64,000 nucleotides of DNA from positions 19,504,303 to 19,568,302 of the forward strand of contig CM082577.2 of the NCBI GenBank assembly GCA_040954595.2. The letters run 5' to 3'. This DNA is from Balanoglossus misakiensis (lineage: Eukaryota > Animalia > Hemichordata). This document shows positions 1 to 13,047 of this stretch, one piece after another. Made by a program: the position numbers and the translations under genes. Positions within the stretch are counted from its first letter, which is position 1; each line of letters starts with the position of its first letter. The notes under the pieces are model-generated. The model was not told the DNA's origin and ran no database searches. It saw nothing but the letters and a program-made list of their open reading frames with translations.

Positions 1-568
1 AAATACCAAAACATAATTAAATGGACACGTGACTAATTTGCATAGTTATTTCATGGCTTTTAGTAATCTAAATTCACTCTATATGCAAGTGTTGACATGT
101 TATACGTGGGGTTTGTTGTAAATATCAAGAAAAAAACTAACCAAGTGTATAACAGAACTTGCTTGTCAATAATTTATTCAACAAAACTCCGAAAAATTGA
201 ATGTTGAAAGGGACTTTTTTTCTTCATTCTCACAGTAATGTGAGGCAATTCTTCGATATCAAATGATGTCAGATGCGTTCAGGCGCTGTTTACATTGGCA
301 TTCAAATCTCCAGCTGACGGGGAACATCAGGAACATGGTACAGACAACAAGTGTGCAGACGAAGCGCCATGTGGCTGATGAGGCACCATGCCTGATACAT
401 GTTATATGTCTGGCGGTTTTAAAGTATACCCAGAACATACCCGGAAAAACTTTTACTGGATGCTGGAATAATGTTTGCCCTTCACTATGGCCAGATAACA
501 TGATTGATATTAAAGAATACCAAAGTTATATAACAGTGAACCACAGAATAAACTGCAGTACATTTGCA

Positions 569-723
569 ATAATTAGAGAATAATGTACGCCCCAAAGACC
601 CATAGTGGACGAAAGCACACATTGTGCGACATAATGTACAAGGCGAAAGACGCACACTTCATGGAGTACAATGTGTGCTTGAGTCCATTATAGGTCTTTG
701 GAGCGTACATGATTCTTATTATT
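569..723. repeat. Imperfect hairpin element (MITE- or Crypton-like)
   Basis: atgtacgccccaaagacc..agcacacattgt is inverted against acaatgtgtgct..ggtctttggagcgtacat. Confidence 0.6.
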
Positions 724-1420
724 TTATAGTTTTGTCAATGCCAGTGAATTTGAATTTCAAAAATCTTTAAAATACAATAGGTGCGAAAAACTCAGACTCG
801 GTCACGGAGATCGAAAACGGAGCAATGGCGTTAACAACGGATCAGGGGATCACGGTCAATTGGTGTACTTTTCATTTCTGGCATTCTATTCAAACATCAG
901 GAAATAAATAATGAAGGTTTATTAACGCATGTGAAAATTCATTTAAGGGTTCTGCTGAAAAATATAGTTTCGATTTATGTGAAATCTTGTTGAGGATTCG
1001 GGGAATATTTGTTTTTGTTTGCGTTCTCAGGAAAGTTCACGTATACGGGCGCTCGGAAGGTTGCAATACATAAACAAACTCGCCCTTCTCCGTACAGCGT
1101 AGACAACATGACAGTGACACTTGCAGCATAACTTTTTTACGTATAGTTTCGTTGACATGACTTCCTGGTACATGGTACACAGTATGTATGATGAACGAAT
1201 GTCAAATCCAGCATCTAAGGTCATTTTACACAGTCACATTTTGTAGGGGCTCTGCCTTACTGAAGACAAATTAACACCTGAAAGAAGCAGACTTTGATCC
1301 TGCTTATATCCATGTTTTTTCTTCTGTTATACCAAAATGCTAATGTCTCAATGTGGAAATATGAAGATGCATTATAAAGTAATCAAAGGACTGTTTTGCA
1401 AACTGATGTTGTTCTCTTAC

Positions 1421-1632
1421 CTGTTTGAGTAACTCAAATCTTTCAGCTTTATACAGTATTATGTTGTGATCAAATGTTACCACGATGATGGCATCCAAAG
1501 CTTCACACATCTGTAAGTTAATAATATTGGTGGTTGGCTGCCCATCCCCAATAGCTGAGGATTTCTTTGTGACACTGTTCTCTTGTGTGTACACACACTG
1601 GCCACTTCTACTGTTCCAGACTCTCAACAAAC
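1421..1632 (-). CDS. TBL3: TBL3 exon (212 bp): GLLRVWNSRSGQCVYTQ...VVTFDHNIILYKAERFELLKQ
   Basis: Acceptor aaaag|, donor CAG|gtaaga, phase 1/0. Resembles LRVW..SGQCVYTQ..DHNLLLY..KQ. The gene continues left of the window. Confidence 0.92.
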
Positions 1633-1677
1633 CTTTTAAGATACACAAAAAAGTACAGATAAATATCAACGACTTAA

Positions 1678-2175
1678 AGGCACATAAGCAGGAACTTTCG
1701 GGATAATTATCATAATTTTTGTTTCAAACTGTACTGCCATTAGTCAATGCAGATGAAGGCATTGAACTATACACAAGCATTATAAGCCCTAAATATGAGT
1801 GCATATGCAAGTTTTAACCAGATAAATAATACAGCTTTGCTGCAAGCGAATATGGCCGTCACCGTGGGAAAATGCAAGAAACAATGAAAACGTTGCATTT
1901 CCGGTTATGAAACTTCATAAACAAAACATGATCTCATCCACTTGAGCTCATGGAAGTAAATGTACTCCGCTGAGACATTACATTTTCATTGCAATATTGC
2001 ACTTTTTTAAAAATTGCAGGAATTTTCGTTTTTCTTTAATTTTTGGCCATTTTGTCATAAATAAGTGTTGAGCTTGATATATTATCATGAAATATCATTT
2101 AATAGACATAATTAAAAGCATATATGAGATTATTTAAAACTCTAATTTTTTTATCCAGTTGCAGCTCATGTACCT
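1678..2175. mobile_element. Kolobok-like MITE with TTAA target duplication
   Basis: ttaa|aggcacataagc..gctcatgtacct|ttaa. A second, interrupted and truncated copy lies at 28472-~29610. Confidence 0.7.
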
Positions 2176-2848
2176 TTAACACAGCATTCGGGGAAGGTAA
2201 TCTTTCAGTCTCTCAGAAACAAGGGGTAATTGTTCTGCTTGAGAAAAAAGGTATCTGAAAAACTGGAGACCAACAAAATAGGTACCAAATGCTTAGCAAA
2301 ACGGTTGGAAAAAATCCTCCCACACATTATTCCCGAATCCCAAACAGCCTTTGTTAAAAACAGGTTCATTGGTGATGGGGTTAGACTTGCTGAAAATATC
2401 CTAGACTACACGAAAGAGCTTAATAACCTTCCTTGTGTCCTGTTTTCCTGCTTACAATTGACTTTGAGATAGCCTTTGATTCAGTGGAGTGGCAATTTTT
2501 GCACAAAACCCTGGATGCATTTAATTTTGGCCCATCCTTTCAGCACTGGATCAAAGTATACTATACAGACATCTCCAGTTGTGTTATGAACAAGGGCTTC
2601 AGCTCCGGTTACTTTCCCCTGGGACGTGGAGTGAGGCAGGGAGATTCTATCTCTCCCATGTTGTTTATATTGGTGCTGTCATGTCTGTACTAACTAGCTC
2701 ATGAATATGTATGATGTGTTGCCTTGGGACGCAATGCATGCTGGGGGATGTCTATTAAAGATGGCTGACTAGTGTGAAAATAAGTAAACTTGTATGTGTG
2801 GTTTAATCCTGTATCACCTCCGACATCCTTGCCAGAGGATGTTACAAC

Positions 2849-2861
2849 TGGCGACGAGGAT
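2849..2861 (+). other. Primer-binding site TGGCGACGAGGAT, complementary to a tRNA-Ser 3' end
   Basis: Starts 2 nt after the 5' LTR and complements ..ATCCTCGTCGCCA. Confidence 0.8.
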
Positions 2862-3009
2862 AAAGTTTTAAACATCGTCAAAGCCGTGGTACGATTCTGC
2901 GATGGCTGGAATCAATATTGGCGACGTAGCGGGCATCAAAACATTTGACCCAACTGGCGACCCGAACAGTGTTGGCACACGCTAGAAACGATGGCTGAAA
3001 AGTTTTGAC

Positions 3010-3864
3010 ATGTATGCAGACAGTAAAGGACTGATAGTTGAAGAAGAGAAGGACGATAACAAACAACAAAGAAGAGCGCCGCTTCTTCATTCAGCAGGTG
3101 AGGAAGTGCAGGCGATTTTTGAGACACTGGAGAACACGGGCGGTGTAAAAGACTATACAAAAGCAGAACAGGCGCTCAGCAACCACTTCAAAACGCAAGT
3201 AAACACTACCTTCCAGAACCATCTGTTCAGAGCGATACAACAGCATGCAAACGAAAGTGTCGCCCAATTTGTGACTAGGCTGAGACAAGCTCTGAAAGAC
3301 TGTGATTATGGTGACCAGTCAGATAAACAGATACGAGATCAGGTTGTTGAAAATTGTCGATCAACCGAGCTACGCAGGAAACTGTTGGAGAAAGGAAAAG
3401 CACTGACATTGAAGGACGTGCTAGAAATTTCCTCAGCGTATGAAGCTGTCCAGACACAACTCGAAGGTATGTCGGCCAAGAGTAACATTTCAGCAGTCAA
3501 CCGTGTATATGGGAATGGTTCAGATGAAAAGCCATTTCGTAGAGAAACCAATACACAGAAACCATCTGGCAGTGGTAACTGTTATCGGTGTGGCAGAGCA
3601 GGACACTATGGAAGAGACCCTGAATGTCCCGCCAGAGGAAAAACCTGTACAAAGTGCGGTAAGCCAGACCATTTTGCAAGCCAGTGCAAAACGAAATCAG
3701 CTGATCCAAAATCACCCAGACAAGCCAACTTTTCAAAAGGAAACAGAAAAGGGAAACCTAAACAGTCGGTTAGTCACGTGGACACACGTTTACTGTCCGG
3801 CAGCAGTGGGGTGTGGAGAAATTCGAAATCACAGTTGGTGGACTTCCAATCAATATGGTTATAG
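3010..3864 (+). pseudogene. Gypsy gag (true start upstream, frameshifted)
   Basis: QHANESVAQFVTRLRQ..C.YG..IRDQ motif and knuckles CYRCGRAGHYGRDPEC and CTKCGKPDHFASQC. Confidence 0.88.
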
Positions 3865-5437
3865 ATTCAGGAGCCAGCAGTAACGTGATAGATAAACACC
3901 TGTGGTGCGAACTGAAAAAAAAGAAAATTAAATGCATAAAAAGTACAAAAGGCTCGACGAAAAAGCTGTAAGCGTATGGAGCCAGTGAACCGCTAAAATT
4001 GATGGGAAGTTTCACAGCAGTGACAAAATATGCTGACACAGAGGTCAAAGCAGAATACTTTGTCATTGATGGCAACGGAGAACCACTACTAGGCAAAGAA
4101 ACCGCTATCCAACTCGGTGTATTACAGCTGGGGCCGAACATCAATGTTATCCAGAGTGAGGCAGCAATCTTTGAAAAGTATGCAGATGTCTTCAAAGGTG
4201 TTGGGAAGCTGAAGGACTACCAACTCAAGCTGCACATTGATGCGGACGTGACGCCAGTGGCACAGCCAGTACGATGCACGCCATTCAGCCAACGCGATAA
4301 GGTGAAAGCGAAAATTGATGAATTGATCGAGATGGACATCATAGAACCCGTTGATGGCCCGACGCCATGGGTCAGTCCTGTTGTCGTGGTACCCAAGCCG
4401 AATGGGGAAATCCGTCTGAGTGTAGACATGAGACAGGCGAACCGAGCTATCATTTGTGAACGTCATCCAATACCAACAGTGGACGAAATTCTACAAGATG
4501 TTAACCAAAGTACCGTGTTTATCAAGCTCGACCTGAAATGGGGATTCCATCAGCTTGAACTTGACCCTGAAGCATGAAGCATCACAACATTCGTCACACA
4601 CTGTGGGTTGTACAGATACAAACGTCTTATGTTTGGGATCAACGCAGCACCAGAGATATACCAACATGTAATACAGCAGGTATTGCAAGGTTGCAGGGTG
4701 TTGCCAACATATCGGATGATCTGTTTATACACGCGAAAGATGAAGCGGAACACAACCAGCGAATATTTAGCGAAGAACGGAATTGAGCACCGTACCATAT
4801 GATTACTCCGCTATGGCCTCAAGCCAACGGTGAGGTAGAGCGTCAGAATCAATCTCTCCTCAAACGTATGCAGATAGCACAAGCACAGCAAAAGGACTGG
4901 AAGAGTGAGATCAGAGCATATCTCCGTGCATACAGATCGACACCACATCCAACAACAGGAGTCAGTCCTGCAGAAATGCTGTACGGAAGGAAATTGCGTA
5001 CTAAACTACCCGATTTGAGAGAAAGCCATGAAGTCGATGGGGTTAGAGATCGTGAGGCTGAGATGAAGGCTAAAGCCAAGATATACGCAGATAAAAGAAA
5101 ACGAGCGACGTCATCTGACTTGCTACCAGGTGACAAGGTGTTAGTCAGACAGAAGAAAGAAAACAAGTTATCGACACCATTTGCCAAAGAGCCATATGAA
5201 GTTGTCGAGAAAGCAGGAAACAGTGTGGTGGTGGAATCACCTGAGGGAGTGCAGTACAAGAGGAATTCAACCCATGTGAAGAAATATGTGGAAAGAGCGG
5301 AATCATCTTGTGAGGCAGTTGATACACCTACTGAAATACCTGAAATTCCAGTGGAATCCACCGATTCAGGAAGGTCTCCAAGGCCAACGCGTACTTCATC
5401 ACTGCCTAAGAAATATGATGATTTTGAAAGGGTGTAG
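3840..5437 (+). pseudogene. Gypsy pol remnant (protease, partial RT, integrase C-terminus)
   Basis: WVSPVVVVPKPNGEIRLSVDMR, KLDLKWGFHQ, RYKRLMFG, NISDD, then PQANGEVER..TPHPTTGVSPAEML..EPY. Multiple frameshifts and stops. Confidence 0.9.
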
Positions 5438-5752
5438 GCGGATCGCTGCCCTTAGCCTTATCCTAATTTAGTGCATTTGTTGAAAGTAGTTATCCAGTTG
5501 TTGAAATTTCAGAGTTAAAGTTTCCATTCGTCTGAACACTGAATTGCAGAAACATTTGCAGAGAGCATGTTTTGAACAATGACAATATGAACATGTGTTG
5601 ATATCACAAACTGTTGGAACTCTGTGATCAGTGATGAACACTTGAACAGTACCAGTATTACGGAATCAGTTTGTTCTTGTTGTTGGTTGGAAAAAAAAGT
5701 AGCACTCAGTTTCAGAAAAGAAATGAAAAGAAAAGTAACACTCTTCAATTCC

Positions 5753-5766
5753 GAGAAAAGAAGGGA
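5753..5766 (+). other. Polypurine tract GAGAAAAGAAGGGA
   Basis: Immediately 5' of the 3' LTR. Confidence 0.8.
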
Positions 5767-6360
5767 TGTCATGTCTGTACTAACTAGCTCATGAATATGT
5801 ATGATGTGTTGCCTTGGTAATGCAATGCATGCTGGGGGATGTATATTAAAGATGGCTGACTAGTGTGAAAATAAGTAAACTTGTATGTGTGGTTTAATCC
5901 GGTATCACCTCCGACATCCTTGCCAGAGGATGTTACAGGTGCTTGAGGTTTTTCTTTGCTCACTGCACGCAGATTCCATGTACTACACTGTTACCTTATC
6001 TAGTACCTAGACTTTTGGGTTCCTCCCTGACACCAACGTCAAGCAAAATGTACAAGATTTTGGACATGGTTATAAAACTGGTCATTTGTGAAAAGGCTCC
6101 ACCCAAGAAATATGACATCGCTATGATCATTATCACAGAGCAACAGCCAATCACAGGTGGGTTAAGTTAGGTGACTGACTTCAGTGACATCATACGTCTT
6201 GGCTTCAGCCTTTTCACATTCAAATACACTGCTAGACATAGTTGAGAAACCTCCATATAGGTACTACACTTACTATTAACAAACAGGGATCTCCCAACCC
6301 TCAGAGCAGTGCCGGAAAATATGAATATTCATATTCATTAAAATTCATAAGTTAATAAAT

Positions 6361-6690
6361 ATTAAAGCAATAAAACACCCCCAGCCATGGTATACCACGA
6401 GATTTTGACCAGTTCACGACATACATGTATACGCACGAGCGATAGCGAGTGCGTATATTGAGTTGAACTGGTCAAAATCTCGTGGTATACCATGGCTGGG
6501 GGTGTTTTATTGCTATTATATTATACCAGTATATTGAAACTTTGCATAAAACATTTTAAAAAGGCATTTTCTTTGACTATGAGTTTTGCGTGATATAAGA
6601 CTGTGGTATATGACTAATATATCACAGTCACGTGTCGTGTCTCGACCAATAAAATAGCGTGATTTACACCATCAATATACTGGTATAATA
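6361..6690. mobile_element. Double-hairpin non-autonomous element (Crypton-like)
   Basis: Long inverted repeat around a central cgcacgagcgatagcgagtgcg, plus a second pair tattataccagtata/tatactggtataata and a CCAAT box. Confidence 0.55.
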
Positions 6691-7289
6691 TAATCATGAA
6701 CATCTCAACTTTTCCTGTTTTCACTCGTCCAACAACAAACATTTTATTATAAATTTACTACTGGATATAATTGAACTTAGAAAAGTATTTCTAGCAAATC
6801 ATGTTTGTGTACAGTGTGGTGAAATAGTGAAAGAGTTACAAAAAGTAAGACATTCACTCAAACATGCTACAATTTGTTACAATTGACTTGAGTAAATACT
6901 AAGATAGCTGTGGTAACGCTGCTGTGAAAAAAAATCACTGGTCTGTTTACGTACGAGTACACGGGTTAACACTCCAGCAGTGAACTTTGACCCTCACTTA
7001 CTACCGTTGAGCGAGATCCTTATTAGCATATTAATAGCAGTCACTTCCAGCGGGTAGTACTCCTTGGAAAATCGGCTGAAATATGTAAACCGACCAGTGA
7101 TTTTTTCACGAAAGGAGTTTTGGGACCAGAAATAATCAGAGTTCAGGTTTGTATAGGTCGTTTTATTGAATCATGCTCACTTTGTTTTCTGTTGCCATTC
7201 AACCCAAGCTGGGTCGTTGCAACTGCACGATTAGAATGGGAGTTGGGCCGCAGCTGTCCGTGGGGGTATTCAGCCCCCTCCCCCCAAAA

Positions 7290-7900
7290 AAAAAATCGCG
7301 TCAAGGACACGGTGGTCCTATTGAGTGATTACACAAGAAAAAGTCTACACCGGAGTACATGGCCATATACAGACAGACAGACACACACACACATAGCGAG
7401 CGATCAATGGGCAAACACTGACTGGCCCATAAGCTGCCAATTGCATATGTACTGTACATACACTAAATAGAACAGCTGGCCTCTTTAAAACTTAGCCAGT
7501 TATGTAATCATGCAGGAATTTGCTACTGTATATAAATCACAGGGGGTTCCTGCCAAATTAAAACAACTCAATAACGTAAATACACACCACTTTGCAAAGC
7601 AATCTGACCAGTAGTTCTTGAGTTACTGAGTTTTGACCAAATTCACATTTTTTCAGCTAATTTGCATATTTTTGGCAATGACAACTTTATTTGAACAAAC
7701 TCCCATCTACAGCCCAGCCTGCATCAGCACACCAAATATCAAGGTGATACACGCAGTGGTTTTCAAGTTTTTGATGTGGACGGACATACAGACATACATC
7801 CATACATCCATACATCCATACATACAGACGCATCCATCCATACATACAGACGCAACCGATCCCATAAGGTCCCATGGTACATACCAATGGGACCCAAAAA
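7290..7900 (-). mobile_element. HINE/Helentron-like non-autonomous family with (ATAC)n microsatellite
   Basis: Terminal ggtccca..tgggacc inverted repeat, microsatellite and end stem-loop. Related copies at ~23750-24140, ~35310-36250 (tandem), ~56370-56710, with end fragments near 13295 and 52877. Confidence 0.6.
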
Positions 7901-7989
7901 CGATACAGCTGTGTTACCACAGACGCATCAAATTACATGGTAAATTACTGCAAATATGATGATTCTTCATGATGGCCCAATGTTGACCT

Positions 7990-9260
7990 GCTGCAGAATA
8001 AACGTAGTCATCTACTGCTTGCCCAGCGATGGCGATTCTGTTCAAACTATTGAGTGTGCTAGTGTTCTCGGCAATGTCTTGATGAGTTTCAGCTGTGAGA
8101 ATGTTCTCTAGGAATCAGCAGTGTGGAAGGGTTGAACTTGATATATCTTCACAAGTCAAGTGATTGGAAAGCGTGCGTCAATGAGTTGTACAGGGCATGT
8201 TGACCACCATGCCTGATGACAAACCTGGTTGTTTCAGGATCGTTGTTCGGGCGTAGCTTCTGAAGCTGTCCCACTCTTGACTGCATCTGCCATGTTTTCT
8301 TGTCATAAGAAATAGCGCTATAGTGCTCTCATGTCTTAGCGAGCACAGGTTTTTTCATCAGTACTGCATAAAGAGCAGGGATCAAATACACGAAACTTTC
8401 CCATGAGATTGGTATCTTCATTTAGGAAACGGCACGCAATGTTCTTGACGAGGGTGTCGATGTACCACTTCTAAATGTGCTGCCTGAAAAAATCTTCATC
8501 GTCCCCACGGTTCTTGATGGGCATGGCCATGTCAGACTGCTCTAATTTGCATAGAAACTTGGGTAGCTTTATATCGGTGAGTGTAGCTATCATGTGTGGA
8601 CTCGACTAATGGCCTATGTTGACTACCGGTATACTCAAATTCTTTCGCCTGAACTTCTATATATCAAAACTGTTTAAACCACTTCAGGGCCTGAAGTGGT
8701 TTAAACAGTTTTGGTATATAAAGAAGTAGGTCATAGGAAAAAATCGTTGTGATGAAACACTAGGATGGGCCTGGGGATTGCATACCCACGGCTTTAGCAA
8801 CGGCGAGTTTTTCACCTTCACAGTCAAAGCTAAGGCCTACGCTGTCAAAGGTGTCCTTCAGTCCTGTACGGCCATCTCGATGCTCTGCCATCTCGTTGAG
8901 GACAGTTTGCTTAGTTTTAGGTGTTTCTCGTGCAGTGTTGTCTGTATCGCAGAAAGACCGGCCACTGGTACTACAGTGTTATTGTAGAAAAATGCACGAC
9001 TTCCATAAAATTGACGAGAACTTCTTAGTCTAGATGGTATTTGCTGCTTGAACTGACTCCAACTGCAGTCTGTGAGCATGACAATGGACACGAACTGCTG
9101 CAATAGCCTCACGACACCCAAGTGTTTTCTAGTCATAACAGTGGCACCGTAAGTTCCAATGCCTACCAACCTCTCACAATCAAGATTTTTTTCCCACAGA
9201 TAGTCACTGATGTGCCTAGAGATAGTGTCTTCATTCACACCTCTTTTCTGTCTGGCAGTT
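7990..9260 (-). pseudogene. hAT transposase remnant (ZNF862-like)
   Basis: LVGIGTYGATVMTRKHLGV (DGA motif), SSTRWQS (RW motif) and C-terminal TADS*RTFSQLKLIKT (hATC-like). Many stops. Confidence 0.75.
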
Positions 9261-9705
9261 TGTCACACTTCTGAAGCGAGTACTGACAAACACATCATCA
9301 TGTACCCACCTAGATTAAAAAGTGCCGCACAGCTTTGACTTTCAACCCACATTCTTGCACCCCCGCAAGAACTGCCGTACATTTGACACAATTTTGACAC
9401 ATTTTCTTTGAAAAAGACGCACAAGTATAGAGATAGACAAAAGAATAATAGGACCGGATTACAGATTTTTGTGCTGGCAGTTTTGTTTGAGTGCCGGACA
9501 GGGCCGCCTGCCGCCATCCTGCAAGGGGAGATCTCTGACCAAATTGATCAGACTTTGTATCATTAGAAACTATATTTTATACACATTTTCACTATCTTCC
9601 AATATTGTTCAAGGCATAAGTGTGAAAGTAAACACACACAGTGCTTGTACTAGCATGGCAAATTCTGCTTATACTCGTAGCTCTTGAAACTAAATGCATT
9701 CTTAC

Positions 9706-9799
9706 CTTTACTTCCTGCAGTGATGTAGTGAAGGTCATTGTCACTAACATTCAGGCTACTGTACATCTTTGATGGAAGCAACAGAACTCCCTCAATGGT
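9706..9799 (-). CDS. TBL3: TBL3 exon (94 bp): TIEGVLLLPSKMYSSLNVSDNDLHYITAGSK
   Basis: Acceptor ttttttccag|, donor AAAG|gtaaga, phase 0/1. Resembles SVEAAVLLP..YFLTAGDQG. Confidence 0.9.
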
Positions 9800-9928
9800 C
9801 TGGAAAAAAATCCCACAGGTAGCTATAACAATTAAATTGTCTTTATCAAAAATGTTCTATGGGACATTATTACACCTCACTTATTATGTCGCATTCATGA
9901 TTGGCTGAGACGCACTCACGTGACATAG

Positions 9929-11212
9929 AAACAAGTGACCTGTCAGTCAAAAGAGCTCTGCTGACTTTAACAGTGTAACCTGGGCAATGATATGAATACC
10001 CTAGGTTTTAATTCATAACAATTGTATTCTATTGAACAAAACCAAACATAGACATCACAAGTATTTATCCAAATTCAGCTTGATTCATTGTGCTAAAGAA
10101 AGAAAGAATTGAATCCTAAAGAACAACATCAAAAGGAAGCACCATGGTTCTAATTTGCATATTCATGACCCCATCAAAATTCCAATTAACAAAATCAGGT
10201 AGGGGCACCATAACACACATTCCTACCAAATTTCAGCTCCATCGTACATGTAGTTGTGGAGAAGAAGATTTTTGACCAAACATTCTATTTTTAGATCTAA
10301 TTTGCATATGAATGACCCGATCAAATCCAAATTAACAAAATCAGGTAAGGGCACCATAACACACATTCCTACCAAATTTCAGCTCCATTGTACATGTAGT
10401 TGTGGAGAAGAAGATTTTTGACCAAAAATTCTATTTTTAGATCTAATTTGCATATTCATGACCCCATCACATCCAAATTAAGGATGTACGTTCAGTAAAA
10501 TTGAAAGTATTGTCATTTTTTTTAATTGTGGATGTTTGGATCCTCCTTTGTATGTATAATGAAAATCCGTAATAAAATATAGGGGTCACCGCACTTGTTT
10601 TTGAAATACAGAGCCATGAATTTAGTCGATAATAGAAGAAAACTGATGACTCAGCATTTTTCACCAATGGTTTGTCTATGGGCAAAATTTTTAACGCAAT
10701 TTATCTCAAAATAGAGCGCGGTGACCCCTATATTTTATTTGACCAATGAATTTATATTTGCTGGACTGAGCAATGTGTACAATTTCGTGAAAATGACAAT
10801 AGTAGAAGTTTGTTTTCTAGCAATTTTTAATGTAATCCTATGGGAAAAAGACCGGGCGCGCACTGTTTCCGGTTTATGTTCTGCGCGTACATCCTTAACA
10901 AAATCAGGTAAGGGCACCATAACACACATTCCTACCAAATTTCAGCTCCATTGTACATGTAGTTGTGGAGAAGAAGATTTTTACCAAAACTGTTATTTTT
11001 AGATCTAATTTGTATATTCATGACCCCATCAAATCCAAATTAAAAAAATCAGGTAAGGGCACCATAACACACATTCCAACCAAATTTGAGCTAAATATGC
11101 CAAGTTATTTTAAAGAAGAAGATTGAAATACAAAAAGTTGACAGACGACGGACGGACACTTATCAACCTACTGCTACAGCTTGGCTGACACAAGTGACAG
11201 CAGAGCTATAAA
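9929..11212 (-). mobile_element. HINE/Helentron-like element with ~147-bp tandem array
   Basis: subTIR agctctgctg, (GACG/GGAC) microsatellite, tandem units and terminal stem-loop. Reverse-complement copy at 28792-29518. Confidence 0.75.
10482..10894. mobile_element. Kolobok-like MITE nested in the HINE array
   Basis: ttaa|ggatgtacg..cgtacatcc|ttaa. Neighbouring array units show the empty site aaattaacaaaatcagg. Confidence 0.8.
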
Positions 11213-11655
11213 GTGATACAACTCTGCTAGAGTTGATAAAGCCCTGTCGCGTGTCACTGGGTTATTTTGGTGTTCTGCGGCTCGGGCATCATCAATATTA
11301 TGGTCAGAGATCACCATCCCTCGTGCAGGCTTCAAATCATGTTGTAGCACACCTCATCCACAGTCTGTGTTTTCATTTGTCAATCTACAGTCACGTGGTA
11401 TGTGTTCTTTTTGTGCTGATCCATATTATATAAAACAACGTCATCAGTCATCAGTTGTCGAAACTGTTGCCCGCCAGGCATCAGTTCCTTAAAACGATGC
11501 GTGCTCGCTTCAAAAACAATATGTTGCACATGCGCGAAATGGAAAGTAAACATAGATGTTGTCTGCAGCCCAGGGTAATGACAGTCGAGAAATTTCACCA
11601 TAGACATGGTGTATCGTGAGTTCTTATGCGTAGCTGTGGTGAGATGTGTTACAAA

Positions 11656-11845
11656 ACACATGTTGACTGGCTTTTCAGACAACAGCATACATCTTTCACC
11701 CCTTGGGACTGTGAACCACCCCCCAAACCAGACTGTTTTCCCTCAGCCTTCGGCCTCGGGAAACAGTCTGATTAGGGGTGACTCACAGTCCCTCGGGTTA
11801 CATACGTATGCTGTTGCCCTCATGGCCAGTCAACATGTGTATAAT
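11656..11845. repeat. Long hairpin end of a Crypton-like element (may begin near 9867)
   Basis: acacatgttgactggc..ccctcagccttcggcctcggg..gccagtcaacatgtgt. Confidence 0.55.
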
Positions 11846-13047
11846 GTTGCCCTTGCTATCATGTGTTATTATTTAACACTCATTCTTTATACAATGTAGA
11901 AGAACTTTATCCAATGCAGTAAGAATACAATGGACTGCGAATGTAAAAGTAGCATGCGTTATGATGCTTTTTTATAAGGTGCGAATTTCTGTAGAATCCA
12001 GTCACAGATCCTGAAATACTATAAAATGTAGTATCTTATTGCAACATCCACTTACTACAGTATCTCTACTTAAAATGATTATTGTTAAACTGTGGCAAAG
12101 AATTGATGGGTCATGGAGAAAGGCTTCGTGATGGAGGCTCCATTTAGATCGTGAAGGTCCAGATTTTGCCCCGCTTTCAAGGCAGGAATAGCAGTGAAGC
12201 CATTTAGAACTAAGCATGTGACAGTACCTTTGGACCACAGTCACTTGGGAGTTGAATTGTATAACACAGTGATCGCCTATGACCCAGAAAAGGGACAAGT
12301 CATGAAACCATTTAAAACAGGCTAAAATTTCAATGTTTCAAGTGAACGCATTTTCTCAGTAGGCAACCCATCACAGCACCGGTACTCTCCAGTTGTCAGC
12401 TGAAGGTAGCTCGAAACTGGATTGAGCGAATAGAACTCGTAGTCCCCCTCAGAAAGATTGTTATAAATGGGCAAGTAGGATTATAGCAGATATGAATTTT
12501 GACATGAAATGGATGGTATCGATGCTGATTAATTTATTAAATTTCGCCTTTGTGAGAGTGAAAACATCTACCAAACTTGGCAACACATTTGTCAAAATTG
12601 AGTCATAGGCAATTCAACTCCCAAGCGGACAGGCCAAATTCATCCTTCGCAAGTTTCTCCATGCGATTCAGTTCTGACTCAACCTTGGGTGTTGCATGCA
12701 ACTTTGATGGTGTTGATGCTCTCTGTCTTCTGCTTCTGGTGATCTTTGTCGTCATTTTTATGAAATCTCAACTGAACAAACTTACAGGTAACACAGCATG
12801 CAGCACGTGTGGAATTCGAATGAATGCAGAAAACTAAGAAAGCTTATAGTGCAGGAGCCAAACCCCAAATTTTGGCATAATTGTGCACTTTGGGTTAAAA
12901 GCATGAAACTTGGTACACTTACATGTGTATGCATTGACCCATGGTGCCCATTTTCTGATATGGATCCAAAATGACAGGGCCCTCTACTGGCCAGAAACAG
13001 ACATTCATACTTTAAACACAAACAGAGTCAAATATGGCAAAACTGAC

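Larger units (their letters stand above)
2677..5937 (+). mobile_element. Gypsy/Ty3 LTR retrotransposon (Mag-like), internally deleted and degenerate
   Basis: LTRs at 2677-2846 and 5767-5937 (TG..CA, ~5 differences), GGTGC TSD, PBS and PPT. Gag has two CCHC knuckles; protease IDSGAS, partial RT and integrase C-terminus are present with stops and frameshifts. Confidence 0.95.
2180..5960 (+). pseudogene. L1/Tx1-type LINE reverse transcriptase fragment, split by the LTR element (2180-2676 plus ~5938-5960)
   Basis: Motifs SQKQGVIVLLEKKG, QTAFVKNRFIGD, DFEIAFDSVEW and GVRQGDSISPMLFILV, continuing as LEVF after the 3' LTR. Frameshifted. Confidence 0.85.

Noticed and set aside
7633-7959. Recurrent MTKFTF..LICIFLAMTT ORFs (also at 36026 and 56471) as a small gene family
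   Set aside because: They lie in a non-coding repeat and run through microsatellites, with non-ATG starts and inconsistent frames.
12000-12780. Possible decayed coding sequence on the minus strand
   Set aside because: Many stops and no motif I could assign.
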